Below, in pieces: positions 63,179 through 64,000 of a DNA stretch of 64,000 nucleotides. Within the stretch, counting starts at the first letter, position 1; each line of letters begins with the position of its first letter. The position numbers were made by a program, and so were the translations under genes. Source of the DNA: an uncultured delta proteobacterium (lineage in GTDB: Bacteria > Desulfobacterota > Binatia > UBA9968); assembly GCA_963745035.1 (NCBI GenBank), contig CAVUVW010000013.1, forward strand, positions 864,001-928,000, given 5' to 3'. The notes under the pieces were generated by a model that saw nothing but the letters and a program-made list of their open reading frames with translations, made no database searches and was not told where the DNA came from.

Positions 63179-63799
63179 ATGCTGATCGAACTCGATTACC
63201 CTACTCCTAACGCGGTCGAATTGAAGGCGGCAAACACGCTGCTTTTGATTATCGATATGGAGAACGAAAACGCGCATCCTTCAGGCGCGCTCTATATCGG
63301 CGAGCCGGTAAGAAGAATCATTCCAAAGATCATTGAATTGCGGGCGCGCGTTCGTCAGGTAGGAGGACGTGTCGTTCACACGCAGTCGATTCGCTCACCC
63401 GATGCCCTGGAGTTTACAGTCTTCAAGAATACTTTGCGCAAGGTTGAAGGTTCATGGGGAGCTGAGTTGATTGATGAGCTGAAGCCGGCTCCGAACGAGC
63501 CTCTGGTCGTAAAGCGTACTCATGACTGCTTCTATCAGACCGAAATGGAGTCTCTTCTGAAGCAATTGGGGCTACGACCCGGGGAAGGTCACGTGATCGT
63601 AACCGGAATTTCGACACGCAATTGCGTTCAGAGCGCCGTAATGGGCTTGAGTGTCCGGGATTACCACGTCTACGTTCCGATAGATTGCACGACGCATAAT
63701 GACGAAAAGCAGGTATTGCAAGCCTTTTCGCTCTTCACCAGTTTCGGCTACAGACACAACGTCACAATGACACGATCGGATTTGATCGGTATCCAATAA
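63179..63799 (+). CDS. Isochorismatase/cysteine hydrolase family protein
   Basis: LLIIDMEN..VVKRTHDCFY..TGISTRNCVQSA. Confidence 0.85.
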   Translation: MLIELDYPTPNAVELKAANTLLLIIDMENENAHPSGALYIGEPVRRIIPKIIELRARVRQVGGRVVHTQSIRSPDALEFTVFKNTLRKVEGSWGAELIDELKPAPNEPLVVKRTHDCFYQTEMESLLKQLGLRPGEGHVIVTGISTRNCVQSAVMGLSVRDYHVYVPIDCTTHNDEKQVLQAFSLFTSFGYRHNVTMTRSDLIGIQ

Positions 63800-63863
63800 C
63801 GACACGCACCGCTTGCGGTCTTGTCTAAATCGACCACCACCGACTTTTTGCTAGAGGTCTAAC

Positions 63864-64000
63864 ATGAACTTACCCCTTCCAGAGGCCGACGCCGCTACTG
63901 CTGCGGAAGTGCGCGATTGGCTCGCGCGCTTCGCCGCGTGCGTGCGCGAGGTCGACTATGCGGCGGCGCGCCCGTTCTGGCATCCCGACATCGTTATCTT
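63864..64000 (+). CDS. NTF2/SnoaL-like protein, runs off the right edge
   Basis: MNLPLPEADAATAAEVRDWLARFAACVREVDYAAARPFWHPDIVI; RBS GAGG. Confidence 0.6.
   Translation, partial: MNLPLPEADAATAAEVRDWLARFAACVREVDYAAARPFWHPDIVI

Overview
GC-rich bacterial window. The content (many orphan periplasmic binding proteins, amidohydrolases, VOC/LLM enzymes) resembles uncultured Binatia/'Deltaproteobacteria' genomes; this is inference only. Single-base indels split many conserved genes and are most likely long-read assembly errors. Positions 1-12.5 kb (minus strand) hold the 5' half of an extracellular contractile injection system (eCIS): wHTH-like gene, sheath, tube, two conserved hypotheticals, DUF4255, AAA+ ATPase, another hypothetical, then four tandem DUF4157-type polymorphic cargo genes with a shared Cys-rich leader and unrelated payload domains. 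A sigma54 promoter with tandem enhancer-like palindromes lies upstream. Positions 14.2-17.2 kb hold a MazEF module and an integrase-less integron array (attI-like site, two attC sites, an HNH cassette). Positions 17-64 kb are a catabolic/uptake region with about a dozen stand-alone SBPs, a Rieske dioxygenase, two dihydroxyphthalate-decarboxylase-like genes, TrpF, RlpA and an IpdC-like enzyme. A signal-peptide rhodanese has an in-frame UGA at its catalytic position followed by a SECIS-like hairpin (candidate selenoprotein, cut short by the ORF track). Gene remnants and short duplicated gene ends are scattered throughout.
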